Origin: Candidatus Zhuqueibacterota bacterium
GTDB taxonomy: Bacteria; Zhuqueibacterota; Zhuqueibacteria; Thermofontimicrobiales; Thermofontimicrobiaceae
Assembly (NCBI GenBank): GCA_049322915.1
Contig: JBMOPW010000027.1
Span: forward strand, 1,558-65,557
DNA: 64,000 nucleotides
Direction of reading: 5' to 3'
In this document: positions 49,724 to 60,535 of the stretch, in pieces
How positions within the stretch are numbered: the stretch's first letter is position 1
How the letters are laid out: each line of letters opens with the position of its first letter
Notes under the pieces: model-generated
What the model was told of the DNA's origin: nothing
Database searches by the model: none
Seen by the model: the letters and a program-made list of their open reading frames with translations, nothing else
Translations under genes and position numbers: made by a program

Positions 49724-51358
49724 TCAATGGGTGGACTCAGCGCCCTCCAGCTTTTTCATTTTGAGGTGATCGCCGGTCTCTTTGGCAATGATGCGATACC
49801 ACGACTGGGGATAGCCCGGGTGCGTCACTTCGCCCAATTCGTTCTTCACATTACCATCGATATATTTGTAAATGAGGAACTCGCCCAGTTTTTTCCATCG
49901 CTTCACTGTTTCGTTCCCGCTGTTGACCGAGTAATTTGTGAGGTAATCGGCTGCCAACCGCGGTGATTGATTGAACAGGACCAGGGCGGCTTTATCGATT
50001 TCAGCCTGCTCGGCCAGAAATCGTCCTTCCAATTCCCGCTGCACTTTCTGAACATCCACGATCATGTCGCTGTAACGGAGATAGCTGAAATTGGCGACAA
50101 AGTTGAACACCCAGAATGCGGAATCCCAGGTGAAATCCTGAAAAGAACCGGTGCCGACGGCGTAGCTGTAAGGCGCCTGATGGATGCCGCAATACATTGG
50201 CACGTACACCGTGCTGTAGGTGTCGTCCACGCTGAACCAGAGCACTCCGCCGATGGGATCCGGCAGCCAGGAACGGGCCTGGGCGACAAACGAGAATCCT
50301 GTCTGCTGGGTCGACGTGGCGCGTTCGTTGCAATATTCGACGCTATCCACCTGCCACGTCAACGGACGCCAGCGATACGGCAAATGGTACGGCCCGGCGC
50401 CGATGTCGTTGGTCATATCGTAATCAGAACCCTCGAAATGGTCGCGCATGAATTCCATGACATCGTGAACCGACAGCTTTTCATCCGGCTTGATCCACAT
50501 GGGCATTGGCTTCGCGCCTTTCACACCCTTCACATAATCCATGGACAGGTTGAGCTTTGGCGCCGCGCGTCGGAACATGCTCCACACACGGGCCTCGCAA
50601 AACCGGAGAGCGCCGTAGTCCGCTGGCCCATAGGCGTTGGCAAAGCTGAAATCCTTATCCTGCCCTGTGAAGTACCCTTTTCCCCGCGCGAATGAAATCA
50701 CGTCCTTGGCGTAGAGGCAATTCTCTTTATCGTTCAACGGAAATTGTTGAATGCGCGCCTGATTGGCATGGGCGCAGATGTATCCATCCGGCACTTTGAG
50801 CGCAACCCACACCGCGCCTTTATTGTCCGGGCCTTTGCCAATGAGTTCGAAAATCCAGACTTCGTTGGGATCGGACACGGAGAACGATTCGCCAGAGCTA
50901 TAATATCCGTATTCAGCCACGAGATCGGTCATGACCTGGATCGCCTCGCGGGCTGTTCGCGCGCGCTGCAGGGCAATGTACATCAGGCTGCCGTAATCCA
51001 TGATGGCTTTGGGATCGCGCAGGGCGCCGCGTCCGCCCCAGGTCGTCTCGCCGATGGAGACCTGGTGTTCGTTCATATTACCCACCACCGCGTAGGTGTG
51101 GGCGACCTGTTTGATCTGGCCCAAAAATTTACCGGAATCCCATTCGTACACATCCATCAGGGAGCCGGCAATATGATCAGCGGCTGCGGTGAAATACAGT
51201 TCGCCGTAAAGTACATGGGAATCCGCGGCATAGGTGATCATCGTGGAGCCGTCTTTGGAAGCGCCTTTGGTGATCAGGAAATTCGTGCATGCGGTCGTCG
51301 TTCGATGGAACAACATGGCTATCACTACCAGGGAGAAAATCAGGATTGCTTTTTTCAT
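49724..51358 (-). CDS. C69-family dipeptidase
   Basis: Signal peptide followed by the nucleophile Cys in ACTNFLITKGASKDGS. About 540 aa, typical for C69. Confidence 0.75.
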   Translation of the reverse strand: MKKAILIFSLVVIAMLFHRTTTACTNFLITKGASKDGSTMITYAADSHVLYGELYFTAAADHIAGSLMDVYEWDSGKFLGQIKQVAHTYAVVGNMNEHQVSIGETTWGGRGALRDPKAIMDYGSLMYIALQRARTAREAIQVMTDLVAEYGYYSSGESFSVSDPNEVWIFELIGKGPDNKGAVWVALKVPDGYICAHANQARIQQFPLNDKENCLYAKDVISFARGKGYFTGQDKDFSFANAYGPADYGALRFCEARVWSMFRRAAPKLNLSMDYVKGVKGAKPMPMWIKPDEKLSVHDVMEFMRDHFEGSDYDMTNDIGAGPYHLPYRWRPLTWQVDSVEYCNERATSTQQTGFSFVAQARSWLPDPIGGVLWFSVDDTYSTVYVPMYCGIHQAPYSYAVGTGSFQDFTWDSAFWVFNFVANFSYLRYSDMIVDVQKVQRELEGRFLAEQAEIDKAALVLFNQSPRLAADYLTNYSVNSGNETVKRWKKLGEFLIYKYIDGNVKNELGEVTHPGYPQSWYRIIAKETGDHLKMKKLEGAESTH

Positions 51359-51570
51359 ACGTGGAAGACCTCCGTTGATTGGTTTTTAAAGAGCTGTTTG
51401 ACATGTTTCAAGTTCGTTTTGCTGAAGGACAGGTCGCAATTCAGGCCGCGAAACATGAGGGCGGTGAAAATTTGTACCTTGTTCAACGAAAATTCAAACC
51501 GGCGGTTCCCCCGAAGGGCAATACCCGATGCGCCGGGAGCAGCATCGGGTATTGCCAGCGCAGTTTTCAG

Positions 51571-54500
51571 CTAATATTTCCATTGGGGCAGGCGGCCTGG
51601 CGTCCAGGGCGCTTTGATTTTTTCCATATCCGCTTCCAGAGCCGGCACATCCACTTCCATCATCGTTTTCAACTGCTGGTACAACGGCGTGAATTCGTCT
51701 TTGATGATGAGGTAGGCGTCCCGCTCAGTCTGAGTGATTTCTGACGTGGACCCGCGATGGGTGTAGGCCAGTGTGCGTAACCGGCTGGAAAGCGAGGTCG
51801 GCGGATTCTCATTCCGCTCGCTGATGATCGGATCGCCATGAAATTGGAGACGGATCTTGTCTAACCCGGACTCCAGGTTTCTGGCGCGGGCCATCAGCGC
51901 GGTCGGAGCCTCCGGCGTCGCGTGCAGCGCTTGCTTCACATGCTGAATCCGCGCATGGAGTTCATCGGCCACCTGAATGGTGCCCTGCACGATCCGATAC
52001 AATTCCGCTGCTTCGGACTGGAACGTCACCAGCGCCGCCCGATCTTTTGCCGGAAGACTGGCATTGTCCAGCGCGACAGTTTTGAATTCCTGCGGCGGAA
52101 CTAATTCCTTCAGTTGGCCATTGACGCTCATGGCCAGAGCCACTTTATACGCGCCGGGGGCTGCCAGATAGCCGCTTCTGGCTCGGGCCAGCGGATTGAA
52201 TTTTTCGCCCTGCAATCGCACCGGCGACGGATCCTGGTAGCTGAAATCCCAGACAATCCGATTGATGCCTTTCTGAGGTTTTGTCGTCATCTTTTTAACG
52301 ATGGTCCCGCGGGAATCCGTCACCGTGAACAGAAGATAGGGCGCTTCTTCATTTTCCTCGGCGCGCAGTTCGTCCCATGTGGGATAAGGAATGGGTTTGT
52401 TTTGCTTGGCAAGCTCCTTCTCTTTTTCCTTGCGCTGCTGCTTCAATGTTTTGGGAGCCTCTTTCAGCATGTAGGTGAAAACAGCGCCCACATCCGGATT
52501 TTTCGCGGCGAAGTAGGTCGATCCCTGGCCATATTTGCCATCCGTGGGAACGAATATCAAAGCGTCTTTGATGGGGAAAATCAGGGCGTCCTGTTCTGAC
52601 ATGCCAGGGGTGAACAACCGCAGCGGGGTATAATCATCAAGAATGTAAAAACCGCGTCCGAACGTCGCCAGCACCAGGTCGTTCTCGCGTTCCTGAATGG
52701 CGATGTCGCACACGGATATTGTCGGTATGCCGGATTTCAACTGAACCCATTCTTCGCCTTCGTTGATGGAGAAGAAGACGCCAAATTCGGTCCCGGCGAA
52801 CAGTAATTTCTGATTGACATGATCCTGCTGGATGGTGTGAACCGTCCCGTTTTCAGGCAGATTCGAGGCGATGGATGACCACGACTTCCCTTTATCAGCG
52901 CTCCTGAAAACGTAGGGTTTGAAATCGTCCTGCTTGCGATTGTCGAAAGAAGCGTAGACCACGGAGGCGTCGTGTTTCGATGGACAAATATCGCTGACGT
53001 AAGTATTCTCCGGGACGCCCGGAAATTTATCTATCTTTGTCCAGGCTTTCCCGGCGTTTTCAGTGATCTGAATCAGGCCGTCGTCGGTGCCGACGTAGAG
53101 CAGGTCTTCCTGAATGGGCGATTCTGCCATGGACACAATGGCGCCGTACAGCGAAGTGGACGCGTTTTTGGCAACAGCGTCGACGCTCCACACTTTGCCC
53201 ATGACCGGCAGGGTATTGCGGTCAATTTGCCGGGTCAAATCGTCGCTGATCACCTGCCAGGAATTGCCGCAGTCGTCGCTGCGAAAGGCTTTGTTGGCGC
53301 CGCAATAGAGCCGGGTGTGGGAATGCGGGCTGATGAAAAGCGGCGTGTTCCAATTCCAGCGATAGGTGTATTCCCCTTTTCGCGGCTCAGGCTGAATGCT
53401 GATGGCCTCTCCGTTCTTTCGGTCGTATCGAACCATGCCGCCGTACTGAGATTCGGAGTACACGATATTGGGATCGACCGGGTCGATGGCGCTCCAGAAA
53501 CCATCGCCGCCGCAGGTGACAAACCAATCGTCGTTCACCACGCCGTAGGAACTGGTATTCCGCGACGGCCCGCCCATGCTGTTGTTGTCCTGGGTGCCGC
53601 CATAGACGTAGTAAAATGGCAGCGAATTATCCACGGCCACGCGGTAAAATTGAGTGACCGGCAGGTTGCATTTGAATTGCCATGTGGCGCCCTGATCCCA
53701 GGTTTCATAGATGCCACCGTCGCCGCCGATGATCAAATTTCGGGTGTCGCCGGGATTAATCCACAGGGCGTGGTCGTCGACATGGCGCGCATTGTTGCCC
53801 AGACTGCGCCAGGTTTTGCCGCCGTCCTCGCTGAGTTGGGTGATGGTATCCACGGAATAGACCTTATCCGCGTCGAGCGGATCGCAGAAGATTTCATTGT
53901 AGTATTGCGGACTCGTGCTCATGTACGAGCTCATTTTCTGCCACGAAGCGCCGCGATCCTGAGTCCTGAAAAAGCCGCCGCTCTCTTCGGCCGCTTCAAT
54001 GATGGCGTAGACGATATCCGGATTCACCGGCGAAATCGCCAATCCGATGGCGCCCATGTCGCCGCCGGGAAGACCGGAACTCAGCTTTTGCCAGGTTTTT
54101 CCCGCGTCCGTTGTTTTGAAAATCGCGCTCTCCGGTCCCCCGTCAATTTTAGTGAAGACATGCCGGCGTCTCTGATGAAAAGCCACGTAAATCACATCCG
54201 GATCGCGCGGATCCATCACCATGTCCGATGCGCCGGTGTGCTCGCTGACCGTCTTGATGGCATTCCAGGTCGCGCCGCCATCCGTGGTTTTGTAAAGCCC
54301 GCGCTCGCCGCCGGGCCCCCAGACAGAACCCTCGGCTGCTACATACACGACGTCAGAGTCGCGCGGATCAATGAGGATTTTTCCGATGTGGCGGGATGTT
54401 TTCAGTCCCATATTTTTCCAGCTTTTACCGCCATCTTCGGTCTTGTAAACGCCATCGCCATAGCCCAGAGCGCGCTGACTGTTGTTCTCCCCTGTACCAG

Positions 54501-54840
54501 CCCATACAACGCTGGAATGATTGGGATCCATGGCCAGACAGCCGATGGCATATGCGCCATAGTTGTCAAAAATCGGCTCCCAGGTCGTTCCATGATTGAC
54601 TGTTTTCCAGATATTGCCGGAGGCGACTGCGACATAATACTCACTCGGATTCCCGGGATTCACGGCAAAATCACCAATTCGGCCGGACGTAAATGCAGGG
54701 CCGATGCTTCGGAATTTTAAGCCTGAAAAAGCGCCGGCATCCAGGGTTGATTTTTTGGCTAAATCGCCCTCCTCTTTTTTTGCATAGAGTGCAGATGTGA
54801 GCAATAGAAAGATTAAAAGACACGCTGTGACATGCTTCAT
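51571..54840 (-). CDS. Secreted BNR/Asp-box repeat protein with sortilin/VPS10-like beta-propeller
   Basis: 1089 aa. Signal peptide and many S-x-D-x-G-x-T-W BNR motifs (SGNIWKTVNHGTTW, TEDGGKSW, TTDGGATW ..). Confidence 0.6.
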   Translation of the reverse strand: MKHVTACLLIFLLLTSALYAKKEEGDLAKKSTLDAGAFSGLKFRSIGPAFTSGRIGDFAVNPGNPSEYYVAVASGNIWKTVNHGTTWEPIFDNYGAYAIGCLAMDPNHSSVVWAGTGENNSQRALGYGDGVYKTEDGGKSWKNMGLKTSRHIGKILIDPRDSDVVYVAAEGSVWGPGGERGLYKTTDGGATWNAIKTVSEHTGASDMVMDPRDPDVIYVAFHQRRRHVFTKIDGGPESAIFKTTDAGKTWQKLSSGLPGGDMGAIGLAISPVNPDIVYAIIEAAEESGGFFRTQDRGASWQKMSSYMSTSPQYYNEIFCDPLDADKVYSVDTITQLSEDGGKTWRSLGNNARHVDDHALWINPGDTRNLIIGGDGGIYETWDQGATWQFKCNLPVTQFYRVAVDNSLPFYYVYGGTQDNNSMGGPSRNTSSYGVVNDDWFVTCGGDGFWSAIDPVDPNIVYSESQYGGMVRYDRKNGEAISIQPEPRKGEYTYRWNWNTPLFISPHSHTRLYCGANKAFRSDDCGNSWQVISDDLTRQIDRNTLPVMGKVWSVDAVAKNASTSLYGAIVSMAESPIQEDLLYVGTDDGLIQITENAGKAWTKIDKFPGVPENTYVSDICPSKHDASVVYASFDNRKQDDFKPYVFRSADKGKSWSSIASNLPENGTVHTIQQDHVNQKLLFAGTEFGVFFSINEGEEWVQLKSGIPTISVCDIAIQERENDLVLATFGRGFYILDDYTPLRLFTPGMSEQDALIFPIKDALIFVPTDGKYGQGSTYFAAKNPDVGAVFTYMLKEAPKTLKQQRKEKEKELAKQNKPIPYPTWDELRAEENEEAPYLLFTVTDSRGTIVKKMTTKPQKGINRIVWDFSYQDPSPVRLQGEKFNPLARARSGYLAAPGAYKVALAMSVNGQLKELVPPQEFKTVALDNASLPAKDRAALVTFQSEAAELYRIVQGTIQVADELHARIQHVKQALHATPEAPTALMARARNLESGLDKIRLQFHGDPIISERNENPPTSLSSRLRTLAYTHRGSTSEITQTERDAYLIIKDEFTPLYQQLKTMMEVDVPALEADMEKIKAPWTPGRLPQWKY

Positions 54841-54984
54841 TTGTTTTCCTCCTTCAGGTTGAATTACACCGTGTGAACGTGAATTCTGTAATTATGTTTT
54901 GGGCAACAACGATGTGCCACAAAACTTCAAACAGGCCATTTTTGGAACGGCGTCGATTCATGACTGGCGGCGCGCGTACCTCAG

Positions 54985-56103
54985 TTATGTCCTTTTCAAA
55001 ATGATGAGCGACATGTCATCGTTCTGCCGCGCCTCGTCGATGAAGCGGTCGATGGTTTTAACAAGGGCGACGCCGATCGCTTCAGCCGATTGTCCGCGCA
55101 GTTTCGGAAGGACAGACTGCAATCGTGTCTCGCCAAAAAAGGAACCGCGCTCATTCTTTGCTTCGGTCAGCCCGTCGGAATAGGCCACCAGAAAATCGCC
55201 GCTGTTCAATTCGATCTGCTGCTCCTCGTACGTTGATTTGGATTGAATTCCCAGCGCCGGCGCCACGTGTCTGGTTTCGATGGTCGTTTCGCCCTGTTGA
55301 ATCAACGGCGGCAAATGCCCGGCATTCAGGAAACGCACCGTGCTGAGTCGTGTGTCGACCTCGAAATAGACGAGGGAGACAAACCGGCTGGGAATGCCAT
55401 CGCGGCAGAAAATCCGGTTGAGCGCCGCGCCCAATTCATACAACGAAGTGAAATTCGCGGCGATGGCGCGGATGGTCGCCTGCAGTCGGGCCATGACCAG
55501 CGCAGCGCCGAGTCCCTTTCCGGCGACGTCGCCCAGGCAGAGTCCCCATCGGTGCTCATCGATCTGCAGATAATCGACAAGATCGCCGCCCACTTCATTG
55601 GCCGGTCGGGTGAGCATCCAGGCATCCCAGCCCGGAATACGCGGATTCGTGTTTGGCAATAACGAAAACTGAACAGCGCGCCCCACGGCCAGTTCATCCT
55701 GGGCCAGTAATTTATCCTTCAATTCCAGCATCAAAATGACCAGTAAAACGACGAATCCTAATTCGTCAAGATAGGTTGGGTTGACGTCAGTTTCGTTTAT
55801 CTGGAATCGGCTGCGTCCCACCACAAAAAAGATGCAGGCAATGACAAAAAGCAGCCGCCTCACCGGCGTCAATTTCAGGATGAGACTTTTGAATAGCCAG
55901 GACATCAGCACAAACCACCGCTTGAAGCGGGGCAGTGTTTTCAAGCGCTCTTTAGTTTCCTGGTCGAGGTAGAAGTGGTAGATGTCCTTCAGATCCTGGG
56001 TCACAGATCGTCTCAGGTTGCTCTGTCGGAAATCATCAAGGATAATTTTTCCGAGCTTTGGATTTTTACCGGAGTTTTTTTGGTGGGATTTGGAATTTGG
56101 CAT
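54985..56103 (-). CDS. PP2C/SpoIIE-family serine phosphatase with N-terminal membrane anchor
   Basis: N-terminal TM segments. PP2C core motifs (GGDLVDY, GDVAGKG, AYSDGLTE). Confidence 0.75.
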   Translation of the reverse strand: MPNSKSHQKNSGKNPKLGKIILDDFRQSNLRRSVTQDLKDIYHFYLDQETKERLKTLPRFKRWFVLMSWLFKSLILKLTPVRRLLFVIACIFFVVGRSRFQINETDVNPTYLDELGFVVLLVILMLELKDKLLAQDELAVGRAVQFSLLPNTNPRIPGWDAWMLTRPANEVGGDLVDYLQIDEHRWGLCLGDVAGKGLGAALVMARLQATIRAIAANFTSLYELGAALNRIFCRDGIPSRFVSLVYFEVDTRLSTVRFLNAGHLPPLIQQGETTIETRHVAPALGIQSKSTYEEQQIELNSGDFLVAYSDGLTEAKNERGSFFGETRLQSVLPKLRGQSAEAIGVALVKTIDRFIDEARQNDDMSLIILKRT

Positions 56104-56846
56104 AATATAATTATTGAGTCTCCTCTAAAAAAGCCTTAAAAGGCTTTATTATTTGGTTACTATTTTTGTCCATGTCATAAATGACGTGGCTATTCAAATG
56201 AATATTTTGATATTAGACATTTTGAATAGCCCCGACTTTTAAGTCGGGGAGTTGAGTTCTCCGGTTAATTTTGGGCTTTAGCCCCTTTTTAGCCTGCATT
56301 ATTCATAGTATTTTCAAAGGAGGCTGGCTAACCTGAATGGTGCTCTTTTTAGAATAAATGTATAAAAACTGAGTTTCAAAATAGCTTAGCCTTTAGCTAG
56401 TTGAAAATCTAAATGTTGACTCAAATTCTGAGCAAGTTCATGAATAATTCAGGTTAGAGCGAACTCATAAATTAAATGCAACTACTCGCCTCACGTATTC
56501 CGGAAACCGCTGGTTAGCTGGCGGGTTGATTATGAACACCACAATACATCGTGGTTTTGGTACAATTTTGAACCAGCGCCATGCTTCAGCATGGTGATAG
56601 TAGATGCGAGCTAAAGAATTCAGCCGCTTCAGCGGCTTCCATTACATTTCAAAATATTGAACACCTGAGTCGTTACGAAAAAACATGATGCCCGGCTGGA
56701 ATTATTGGTTCACCTGATAGATTCACTGTCATAACTGCTTCAGGCGATTGTTTGTTCAAAACGCTAAAGGCTTCAGCGTCGCTCCCTCCCGGAAATGAAC
56801 CGCCGGCCGCGCCACAATGCGGGGAGTCCTGTCAATGAGTTCGGTC

Positions 56847-57431
56847 TCACAGCGCTGCAAAGCTGCGGGCATTTTCATCCCAGGTAGAGGCCGATGCAAT
56901 CGCCGTCAGCACCTGGTCCGGGGTATCAACAACCGACCACATGCGTTCATGCCGGGGGTCCATGAATTTTTCTGAGATGCACCGCTGTAACAATTCAATG
57001 AGCGGATCAAAGTAGCGGCGCGTGTTGACAAGGATGATGGGATTGAAGTAGATACCGAGGCGTTTCCACGTGATGGCTTCAATCAGCTCCTCCAGGGTGC
57101 CGGTGCCGCCGGGCAGCGCAATGGCGGCGTCCGCCTTTTCGATCATGCGCTGTTTCCGCTCGTGCAGCGTTTCGACGATAACCAGATTTGAAATCGATGG
57201 ATGCGCCCATTCCAGTTCCGCCATGAACCGCGGGATAATGCCGGTCACTGTCCCGTTCGCGGAAATGGCGCCATCGGCCAGCGCGCCCATGGAACCGACA
57301 GCGCCACCGCCGTAAACGATTTCGATCCCGTTTCGGGCCAGAAGAATGCCCAGTTCAGCCGCTATCTGATAGTAGAGAGGATGAGCTTGTTTGCTCGATG
57401 CGCAGTAGACGCAGACTTTTTGAATGGTCAT
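56847..57431 (-). CDS. LOG-family protein (cytokinin riboside 5'-monophosphate phosphoribohydrolase-like)
   Basis: VYGGGAVGSMG and PGGTGTLEE motifs. Start set at MTIQKV; the track ORF upstream extension overlaps the neighbouring gene. Confidence 0.75.
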   Translation of the reverse strand: MTIQKVCVYCASSKQAHPLYYQIAAELGILLARNGIEIVYGGGAVGSMGALADGAISANGTVTGIIPRFMAELEWAHPSISNLVIVETLHERKQRMIEKADAAIALPGGTGTLEELIEAITWKRLGIYFNPIILVNTRRYFDPLIELLQRCISEKFMDPRHERMWSVVDTPDQVLTAIASASTWDENARSFAAL

Positions 57432-57465
57432 GCTGGTTGAGGTTAAGGGTTCAATAAAGTTCTTT

Positions 57466-58284
57466 TCAACGCTGAGATGACGGGTTGACTGAATCCGGCC
57501 GCGTGTAAACATCCGGCCGGCGATGATTAAAAATGGGCATGGCCTTGCGCACAGCGCTGATGACGTCAGCCGAAATATCGGCGGTGAGCAATTCCTCCCG
57601 GTTCTCGGCAGCCGAGGTGACGATGATTCCGTACGGGTCGACAATTCGGCTGGAGCCGCAGAACACTGCCGGCCCGTCCGTTCCGGTTCGGTTCGCCGCG
57701 ATGAAATAGCACTGGTTTTCAATCGCCCGGGCAGCGATGAGCGTTTGCCAGTGGATCAAACGTGGAAACGGCCAAGCCGAGCAAAGCACCAGCGTCTGGG
57801 CGCCGCTCAAAACATGCGCGCGACTCATTTCCGGGAAACGGAGATCGTAGCAAATCATCAGTCCAAATGTGAGTCCGGCAATGGTCACAGTGGTCAGTGA
57901 ATTGCCTGGACTGAAGCAACTGCCCTCGTTCAGCGGCGGGTAATCAGCCAGATGCACCTTGCGGTAGGCGGCAATCAGCGAGCCGACCGGATCGATCACG
58001 GCGCAGGTGTTGTAAATTACGCCGGCGCTCCGCTCGGAAAGACCGCAAATCACGTGCATGCCCAGTCTGGCTGCCGTGTCGCGCAGCATGGCCATAGGCG
58101 CGCCATCAAAACCCGAGGCGACGCGCCGGACTATAGCCATATCGTAGCCGGTCTCGGACAATTCCGGGAATACGACCACGTCGCAGCCGGCTGATTTCGC
58201 GCGTTCCGCAAAAGTCCTGATTTTAGTGAGATTTGCCGGCACATCGCCTAATGTGCAGTCAATTTGGGCAATGCCGATTTTCAT
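57466..58284 (-). CDS. Carbon-nitrogen hydrolase (nitrilase superfamily)
   Basis: E-K-C catalytic triad context (FPELSETGY, ICYDLRFPE). Confidence 0.8.
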   Translation of the reverse strand: MKIGIAQIDCTLGDVPANLTKIRTFAERAKSAGCDVVVFPELSETGYDMAIVRRVASGFDGAPMAMLRDTAARLGMHVICGLSERSAGVIYNTCAVIDPVGSLIAAYRKVHLADYPPLNEGSCFSPGNSLTTVTIAGLTFGLMICYDLRFPEMSRAHVLSGAQTLVLCSAWPFPRLIHWQTLIAARAIENQCYFIAANRTGTDGPAVFCGSSRIVDPYGIIVTSAAENREELLTADISADVISAVRKAMPIFNHRRPDVYTRPDSVNPSSQR

Positions 58285-58416
58285 GGATTCGCTCCAGTTT
58301 GATCCTGAAAATACATGTGTGACGCCTTATTTTGCCCGGCATCCCGAAGTTTAAAACATCTTTCCTGAATAACGGGCCATCCGGGATAAGTGAGAAAACT
58401 TCTTCTCGCGGGACTT

Positions 58417-59295
58417 TTATCGCAACATATCGATCTGCCCGGATCGGTCAATGGGAAGAATGACCTGGCCCAGCAGCGGGATCGAGCTGTTGGCGTCGAG
58501 ACTGCCGGTCAGATGATAATTCAATTTCTCATTCCCCATAATCACGTTGTAAATGGTCCGGCCCATACTGGAAAAACTCAGCGACACAGGGATGGTGATG
58601 GCGCTTTCGCTTTTCTCCCTGATCGTCATGGCTTTTTGCGTCAGCCCTTTGGCCCACGTCGCACCGTTGATGGCAACGTTGTAGTCGAGCTTGTTCATCA
58701 GCAGATTGAAATTGTTGGGATTATTCACGTTCAATTTTAACTCCAATTCCGCGCCGGAGAAATTGATATTTTTCAATTTCAACGAACCCATCCGAACGTC
58801 GGGCAGCTTGATCAGCGGGAGATGGCCTTCATGGCTGACCGGGATTCGGGTCCTGCCCAAAATGGGAAGATCGAACAGCAGACCGGAATCAATTTTATAG
58901 GCAGAGCTGTCCTGATTCTTCAGCGTTTGATAGGTTTGATACAGATCTTTGAATGCGAGTGTGAGTGGAATTTCGAGAGCGCTCTCCGCGTTGGCGGCGA
59001 TGGTGAGCTGCGCCGGCTGCTGGCCAGAGAGAAACGACGCGCCATTGATTTGAAAATTGTAGTCAAATCCGGCCAGAGAAGCGGACAATGGATTGGGATT
59101 TTTAATTGAAACATCGAACGCCAGGTTCACGGTCTCGAAGGACATCCCGGTGAATCGCACGCGTTGAAACTCCAGGGTTGGCTTCTGGACATTGGCCAAT
59201 TCCTGGAGCGCGGCGCAGCCAACGCCAATGAGGAACACGATGGCTCCATGAACGAACACCATGTTGAGCGTATGGCGCGACAATCTTTTTTTCAC
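58417..59295 (-). CDS. LEA_2 / WHy-domain (LEA14-like) tandem-domain envelope protein
   Basis: N-terminal TM/signal region followed by two LEA_2-like beta-sandwich repeats. Pattern recognition only. Confidence 0.45.
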   Translation of the reverse strand: MKKRLSRHTLNMVFVHGAIVFLIGVGCAALQELANVQKPTLEFQRVRFTGMSFETVNLAFDVSIKNPNPLSASLAGFDYNFQINGASFLSGQQPAQLTIAANAESALEIPLTLAFKDLYQTYQTLKNQDSSAYKIDSGLLFDLPILGRTRIPVSHEGHLPLIKLPDVRMGSLKLKNINFSGAELELKLNVNNPNNFNLLMNKLDYNVAINGATWAKGLTQKAMTIREKSESAITIPVSLSFSSMGRTIYNVIMGNEKLNYHLTGSLDANSSIPLLGQVILPIDRSGQIDMLR

Positions 59296-59527
59296 GGTTC
59301 GCCTTTCTATTTTGTTTTCGTATTGAATGATTGCAGTTAAAGAACATGAAGGAGCTGTTCAAAAATAGTATGAGCGAGCGTTATCGGAATAGCCTGATTT
59401 TCGCCCCTGCCATTCAGTTAGCTGGCATTCGGAATCAGGATTAACATTGTTCGGTGTCGTTGGAGTTCGGATGATGATAGCGCTCCCAACTCCGCATTTC
59501 AGATGCAAATCAAGCCGGGGGAATTGG

Positions 59528-60535
59528 TCATTCCAGCGCAGCCTCGGCCATGGCCCGAACATTGTCCGGCGGCACATTGGGCAACAGGGCTTCGTGGCTG
59601 GGACTGACCACCAGACATGGCCCTAACAAGTTTTTCACCCGTCGTACATCAGCCCTGACTTGTTCCGGGGTTCCGTGCACCAGCAACTCCTGGGTATCGA
59701 TGCCGCCGATGAAAGCGACCTTACCTTTGAATTCCCGGGCCAATCGCTCCGCTTCCATATTGGCGGCCTTCGCCTGCAGCGGGTGCAGCGCTTCAACGCC
59801 CAATTCGATCAGCTTGGGAATCACTTTGTAAATGGAGCCGCAGGAGTGCAAAATCACCTGGTAACCATGGCGATGCCCCTGGTCTGTCAGTTCCTTGAAA
59901 TAGGGGAAGATAAATTCCTCGAACTGGGCCGGCCCGACGAGCAGGTCCAATTGCGTGCCAAAGTCATTTCCGAAAAAGAACCCGTCAATCCGGTCGCCGA
60001 CCACATCGTAGAAACGGCGATTGGCTTCGAGGTAAAAATCGATGACGCGCCGGGTGACAGCATGAACCACGTCCGGATGGGTGTACATTTTAACGAAATA
60101 ATTTTCCATGCCGAAGAAGTCGGCCAATTCGTGGAAGAAGGGGCACCAGAATCCGCTGGCGCGATAGACGTCCCCGGCCTGATCCAGGTGCTGCAATGTC
60201 GCGGTGAAATCCAGATAATCCGGGTTCGGCCACGGAAAATCGTCCACTTCTGCTGCGTCTTCGCAATCCGAAAAAATGCCGGCGGCGCTCAGTTCTTTTC
60301 CTTTGCGCTGCATGTCGAAAATTGGCCGACCGGCCGGATGCTTGTATGAAATCCACTGGGGATTAATCCAGCGCATATCGTCTCCGAGGAACCGACGGAC
60401 GCCTTCGATATCCTTTTGTCCGAACGCTTTGATGTAAATGGGCTCTGTATCCGCGTGGGGCTTGCCCAGCCAGAAACCGACCCGATCAGCTTCTTTCCCA
60501 GAAATAATAGTACGTACGATTTCCCGACTCGTCAT
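59528..60535 (-). CDS. Uroporphyrinogen decarboxylase (URO-D) family protein (paralog 3)
   Basis: URO-D fold. C-terminal region is alignable with the 44871-46142 paralog (..FIGGIDTQELLVHGTPEQVRADV..). Confidence 0.65.
   Translation of the reverse strand: MTSREIVRTIISGKEADRVGFWLGKPHADTEPIYIKAFGQKDIEGVRRFLGDDMRWINPQWISYKHPAGRPIFDMQRKGKELSAAGIFSDCEDAAEVDDFPWPNPDYLDFTATLQHLDQAGDVYRASGFWCPFFHELADFFGMENYFVKMYTHPDVVHAVTRRVIDFYLEANRRFYDVVGDRIDGFFFGNDFGTQLDLLVGPAQFEEFIFPYFKELTDQGHRHGYQVILHSCGSIYKVIPKLIELGVEALHPLQAKAANMEAERLAREFKGKVAFIGGIDTQELLVHGTPEQVRADVRRVKNLLGPCLVVSPSHEALLPNVPPDNVRAMAEAALE

Noticed and set aside
56104-56846. tmRNA, RNase P RNA, SRP RNA or 6S RNA in the long ORF-free region.
   Set aside because: Conserved cores of these RNAs are absent: the tRNA-like 3' end/GGGGCTGATTCTGGATTCGACG for tmRNA, GAGGAAAGTCCGGGCTCC for RNase P, and the SRP domain IV motif. 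Left as an unclassified structured region.
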